A stretch of 64,000 nt of DNA from an uncultured Candidatus Saccharibacteria bacterium (GTDB lineage: Bacteria > Patescibacteriota > Saccharimonadia > Saccharimonadales > JAGQNK01), in contig CAZWRG010000005.1 of assembly GCA_964636355.1 (NCBI GenBank), positions 10,744 through 74,743 on the forward strand, written 5' to 3'. The notes beneath the pieces are model-generated. The model had not been told where the DNA came from and made no database searches. It worked only from the letters and a program-made list of their open reading frames with translations. Shown piece after piece: positions 60,551 through 64,000 of this stretch. The first letter of the stretch is position 1; the number at the start of each line of letters is the position of its first letter. A program made the position numbers and the translations under genes.

Positions 60551-60916
60551 ATGCAACAAGGTCCACTTGGTAGATTTGTTATTCGTTGGTTTGTTTGTAG
60601 TCTTGGTATCTGGATTGCAGCTGGCCTGTTGGGCGAGAGAATCGACTACAACAGCCAGATCAAAGTCGTTATATTAGCTGGTCTAATTCTGGCGCTGGTT
60701 AATACAATTATCAAACCAATAGTTGTGTTGTTGTCATTGCCGGCGATTTTATTCAGTCTGGGTCTATTTATGATTGTTATAAATGGTTTGATGGTGCTAT
60801 TGGTCAGTTGGCTTTACCCAACTTTGCAGGTGACTAATTTTGGTGCGGCGATGTTGGCCGGTATGGTGATTGGTTTGGTCAACTATCTGGTGTCGACAAT
60901 TTTAGAAGAACGCTAA
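60551..60916 (+). CDS. phage-holin-family-4 / DUF360 membrane protein
   Basis: 121 aa with four TM helices. LALVNTIIKPIVVLLSLPAILFSLGLFMIVINGLMVLL fits the DUF360 pattern. Confidence 0.65.
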   Translation: MQQGPLGRFVIRWFVCSLGIWIAAGLLGERIDYNSQIKVVILAGLILALVNTIIKPIVVLLSLPAILFSLGLFMIVINGLMVLLVSWLYPTLQVTNFGAAMLAGMVIGLVNYLVSTILEER

Positions 60917-60992
60917 GTTCGGTTAGAATTTTGTGTGATTTTGCGCTAAGCTATTAGCAGAAATAAAGTAAACTACCGAGGACTTTCAGGGG

Positions 60993-61208
60993 ATGAGCAT
61001 TTACAACTACATTACAATCGTTTCAATGGTAATTTTGACGCTGCTGATAATGGTACAAACCAGGGGTGCTAGTTTGGGCGCTGGACTGGGCGGAAGCTCA
61101 GAGGTGAACACTGTTCGCCGCGGCTCTGACAGAACACTTCATCAACTGACTATTATTTGCGCCGTAATATTCGCCGGATCGTTGATCCTGGGCATAACTG
61201 CCTACTGA
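60993..61208 (+). CDS. secG: preprotein translocase subunit SecG
   Basis: 71 aa, two TM helices, and a Gly-rich loop QTRGASLGAGLGGSS typical of SecG. Confidence 0.72.
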   Translation: MSIYNYITIVSMVILTLLIMVQTRGASLGAGLGGSSEVNTVRRGSDRTLHQLTIICAVIFAGSLILGITAY

Positions 61209-61217
61209 TAATTTTGT

Positions 61218-63005
61218 ATGATTAGCAGAACCACAAAACTACGTTGGCGTAGAAAATTTAAGCGACGCGTTAATCAGGTTGAAGATATCAGTCAACAGGC
61301 TGAGGCTCAGCTGGAGCGACATTTTTTCAGACGTCTAGTAAGGCTTTTCGAGGTTCGCAGATTTGTTCTGGGGTGGGTTTTGTTAGTTGGTTTGTTAATT
61401 TGCGGTTCAATTGTCCAGACACTTGGTTTGAGCAGTTATTATCAGTCGCTTGAACCCGCGCCGGGCGGCACCTTGACCGAAGGTATTGTGGGCACGTACA
61501 GGACTTCTAATCCCCTGTATGCTACTTCTAGTGTTGATAGTGCGGTTTCCAATTTGTTATTTGCCGGGTTAATGAAATATGACAAAAATAATGAACTGGT
61601 CGGAGATTTAGCGGAAAATTTGAAAGTAGACGATAACGGGCTGGTTTACACTGTGACGCTAAGGCCGGATCTTAAGTGGCACGATGGTCAAAACCTAACC
61701 TCGGCGGATGTTGCTTACACCTATCAGACAATTCAGAATCCTGATGCTCGGTCGCCGCTGTTATCCAGCTGGAAGGGTATCAAAATTGCCACCCCAGATG
61801 AGCAAACGGTGGTTTTCACGCTGCCTAGCACGCTAAGTTCTTTCCCGCATTCATTAGTAACCGGTATTATCCCGCGGCATGTCCTAGACTCAGTTTCACC
61901 AGAGCAGCTACGCACCAATCCTTTTAATACCATAAAGCCAGTTGGCTCGGGGCCGTTTAAGTTTGACGCGATTGAAGTAGTTGGCGCCGATCAAGAAACC
62001 CGCGAAGAGCGCATTGGCTTAATCCCTAACGAAAATTACCATCAGTCACCGCCAAAACTCAGGCGATTTGTGGTCCGGACTTTTAGGACCGAAAAATTAA
62101 TGATCGATAGTTACAAAGAAGGCGAGTTAAGCTCCATGGCCGGGCTTGATAATTTGCCGGATGATATTAGCGGATTATCCGAAGTCCGCGATTACAGCAT
62201 TCCGCTAACGGGCGCTACGATGGTATTTTTCAAGACCTCCGCCCCGCCGCTTAATGACCAAAAGGTTCGCCAAGCTCTGGTCAGGGCCGCGAATATTAAC
62301 AAAATTATTGAAAACCTCGACTATCCGGCAGTGAGAGTTAACGGGCCGTTTTTGACGTCTCATTTTTCTTATGACAAGAAGCGCACCCAGCTTAAATACG
62401 ATCAAAAAACTTCTCAAAAATTACTTGATGAGGCCGGCTGGAAGCTGGGCGCCGATGGGATTCGTCAAAAATCCAAAAAACCGTTAACCTTCAAACTTTA
62501 TGCGGAAAGCAACAGTGAATACGCCATGGTTACCAAAGAGCTGCAGGCCGCTTGGCGGGAGATTGGAGTTGATGTAGAAGTTCTTCTGCAGGAGCCAAGT
62601 GATATCCAAGGAGTGGTTAGTCGTCACGATTACGATGCCATATTGTATGGCATATCTTTAGGTACCGATCCGGATATGTTCCCGTATTGGCACAGTTCGC
62701 AAATCAGCGCTCAGTCCAACCGGCTGAACCTGTCGGAATACAAATCCAGTGCCGCCGATACGGCTTTAGAGGCAGGCCGCACGCGAGGCGATGCCAAGAT
62801 TAGAAAAGTTAAATACCAACCATTTTTAGAGGCTTGGCGCAAAGACGCCCCCGCGCTTGCGCTGTACCAGCCCAGGTTCCTTTACGTCACACGCGGTGAA
62901 ATACATAATTTTGAACCCAAGACTATGAACAGCACCACCGACAGATTCACAAACGTTCATAACTGGATGATCCGTCGCGAAAAAGTCCTAAAAGACGAAA
63001 ACTAA
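61218..63005 (+). CDS. ABC transporter substrate-binding protein (family 5, peptide/nickel type), TM-anchored
   Basis: 595 aa. N-terminal TM anchor, then ..LRPDLKWHDGQNLTSADV.. and the overall SBP_bac_5 layout. Confidence 0.82.
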   Translation: MISRTTKLRWRRKFKRRVNQVEDISQQAEAQLERHFFRRLVRLFEVRRFVLGWVLLVGLLICGSIVQTLGLSSYYQSLEPAPGGTLTEGIVGTYRTSNPLYATSSVDSAVSNLLFAGLMKYDKNNELVGDLAENLKVDDNGLVYTVTLRPDLKWHDGQNLTSADVAYTYQTIQNPDARSPLLSSWKGIKIATPDEQTVVFTLPSTLSSFPHSLVTGIIPRHVLDSVSPEQLRTNPFNTIKPVGSGPFKFDAIEVVGADQETREERIGLIPNENYHQSPPKLRRFVVRTFRTEKLMIDSYKEGELSSMAGLDNLPDDISGLSEVRDYSIPLTGATMVFFKTSAPPLNDQKVRQALVRAANINKIIENLDYPAVRVNGPFLTSHFSYDKKRTQLKYDQKTSQKLLDEAGWKLGADGIRQKSKKPLTFKLYAESNSEYAMVTKELQAAWREIGVDVEVLLQEPSDIQGVVSRHDYDAILYGISLGTDPDMFPYWHSSQISAQSNRLNLSEYKSSAADTALEAGRTRGDAKIRKVKYQPFLEAWRKDAPALALYQPRFLYVTRGEIHNFEPKTMNSTTDRFTNVHNWMIRREKVLKDEN

Positions 63006-63034
63006 AGCTAAAGCCTTTTCAAGGCTACAGATTA

Positions 63035-63286
63035 CTAACGTTCTATTGCTTCGGCAGCAACAAATCCACCAATTAAAGCAGCACCAGCGGTAGATACTAC
63101 TTCATATACTTTACTGGGTTCCACGGGCATAACAAATGCATCAAAGCCTTTTGCAGTCGCATACCCTGCTAAGCCACTTAAAGCGGTAACTCCTAAAACT
63201 TTGGCAGGACGAGCCAGCTTTTCAAGTCCACGATGGATAAATGTTTGTTCACCATCAGAAGAAATTTGCTTAATCATAACAATCAT
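63035..63286 (-). CDS. hypothetical small protein
   Basis: 83-aa ORF with a Gly/Ala-rich hydrophobic C-terminal half. No recognisable motif. Confidence 0.4.
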   Translation of the reverse strand: MIVMIKQISSDGEQTFIHRGLEKLARPAKVLGVTALSGLAGYATAKGFDAFVMPVEPSKVYEVVSTAGAALIGGFVAAEAIER

Positions 63287-63310
63287 TATATCACAATAAA
63301 ATTAGCTGAT

Positions 63311-63847
63311 CTAGTTTAGCCAACTTAGGTCAAGTTCCAGGACATGCGCATTCGGGTATGGAGGGAGATCATAAAATGACTGTGGGTCTAAATCTTGTTT
63401 TGTACATTCAATAATACGTCCTACACCTGCATGGCTTACTATAAGTATGTTTTCTGGTAGGTCTTTATGGTCTTTCAAAAAAGAAATCACTCTACTCTGG
63501 AAATGATATACATCTTCTGCCCCCTCTGCTGATATAAGCTCGCTTGATGTAACTATTCGAACCGGCGTACCCGTAAGTGACCCCATATCGTACTCGATAA
63601 TGCGGTCGTCAAATTCAATTTTTAAGGGGTCAAAACCAATTACTCCTGCAACTACTTCAGCAGTCTGTTGTGTGCGAATAAGCCTCGAAGCAATAATACG
63701 GTCAAATTTTTTGTTAAAAAGCTCTTGTGCAGCCGCTTTTGCTTGCTCAATACCAGATTCTGAAAGAGGAGAGTCTTCTCTTTGACCAGCAAATAAGCCT
63801 TCCAGATTCGCTTTACTTTCACCGTGTCTTAGAAAATATATCATCAT
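63311..63847 (-). CDS. histidine phosphatase family protein (phosphoglycerate mutase-like)
   Basis: N-terminal RHGES catalytic motif (IYFLRHGESKAN), a later SHAGV motif, 178 aa. Confidence 0.8.
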   Translation of the reverse strand: MMIYFLRHGESKANLEGLFAGQREDSPLSESGIEQAKAAAQELFNKKFDRIIASRLIRTQQTAEVVAGVIGFDPLKIEFDDRIIEYDMGSLTGTPVRIVTSSELISAEGAEDVYHFQSRVISFLKDHKDLPENILIVSHAGVGRIIECTKQDLDPQSFYDLPPYPNAHVLELDLSWLN

Positions 63848-63892
63848 AAATCGTTAAGAATTATTTATTTCTAGAAAATACATTGAGTTTAA

Positions 63893-63980
63893 TTGGTGCG
63901 GATGAGAGGACTTGAACCTCCACGTCCTAAGGGACACTACGACCTCAACGTAGCCTGTCTACCAATTCCAGCACATCCGC
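63893..63980 (-). tRNA. tRNA-Leu (anticodon GAG), class II with a long variable arm, CCA encoded
   Basis: The reverse complement reads GCGGATG-TG-CTGGAATTGGTAGACAG-GCTACG-TTGAGGT-CGTAG-TGTCCCTTAGGACGTG-GAGGTTCAAGTCCTC-T-CATCCGC-ACCA. The 7-bp acceptor stem pairs perfectly and the anticodon loop is TT-GAG-GT. Confidence 0.85.
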
Positions 63981-64000
63981 ACAGTATTATAATTTTAAGA

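Overview
This 64-kb window looks like a chromosomal segment from a small-genome, monoderm bacterium that uses the standard genetic code. TGA ends many well-supported genes here. Gene content and the strong divergence of the housekeeping proteins suggest a CPR/Patescibacteria organism, possibly Saccharibacteria-like, but that is inference only.

Most of the window is densely packed housekeeping:
- rsmA, a DEAD-box helicase, typA, mgtE, a GH37 trehalase, metG, tatD and a cysteine desulfurase.
- An F-type ATPase block, atpF-H-A-G-D-C, with no a or c subunit genes next to it.
- mnmA, a short alaS, ftsA, ruvX, mltG, obg, sbcB, pheA, uvrA, L25, an ABC exporter, trhO, uvrC, secG and a peptide-type substrate-binding protein.
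- RNA genes: a tmRNA (2953-3345) and tRNA-Leu(GAG) (63893-63980, minus strand).

Two accessory regions stand out.

1. 30264-32919 is a diversity-generating retroelement (DGR).
- It has a DGR-type reverse transcriptase, a 266-aa target gene, a variable repeat (VR, 31968-32080) and a template repeat (TR, 32335-32446).
- Every VR/TR mismatch falls on a TR adenine.
- An Avd-like four-helix-bundle gene sits on the opposite strand.
- The element appears recently disabled. The RT carries a 19-bp tandem duplication and an in-frame TGA, and the TR is 1 nt shorter than the VR.

2. 21153-29136 is a roughly 8-kb surface-structure locus.
- It encodes four paralogous secreted proteins with a shared QFG motif and a pilin/WxL-like C-terminal strand.
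- It also encodes a DUF916/DUF3324-like membrane-anchored partner, a PKD-domain anchored protein and a divergently transcribed fibre-like protein.

A perfect 50-bp duplication of the alaS 3' end also brackets a 90-bp hairpin-rich insert. I saw no rRNA genes, CRISPR arrays or transposases.
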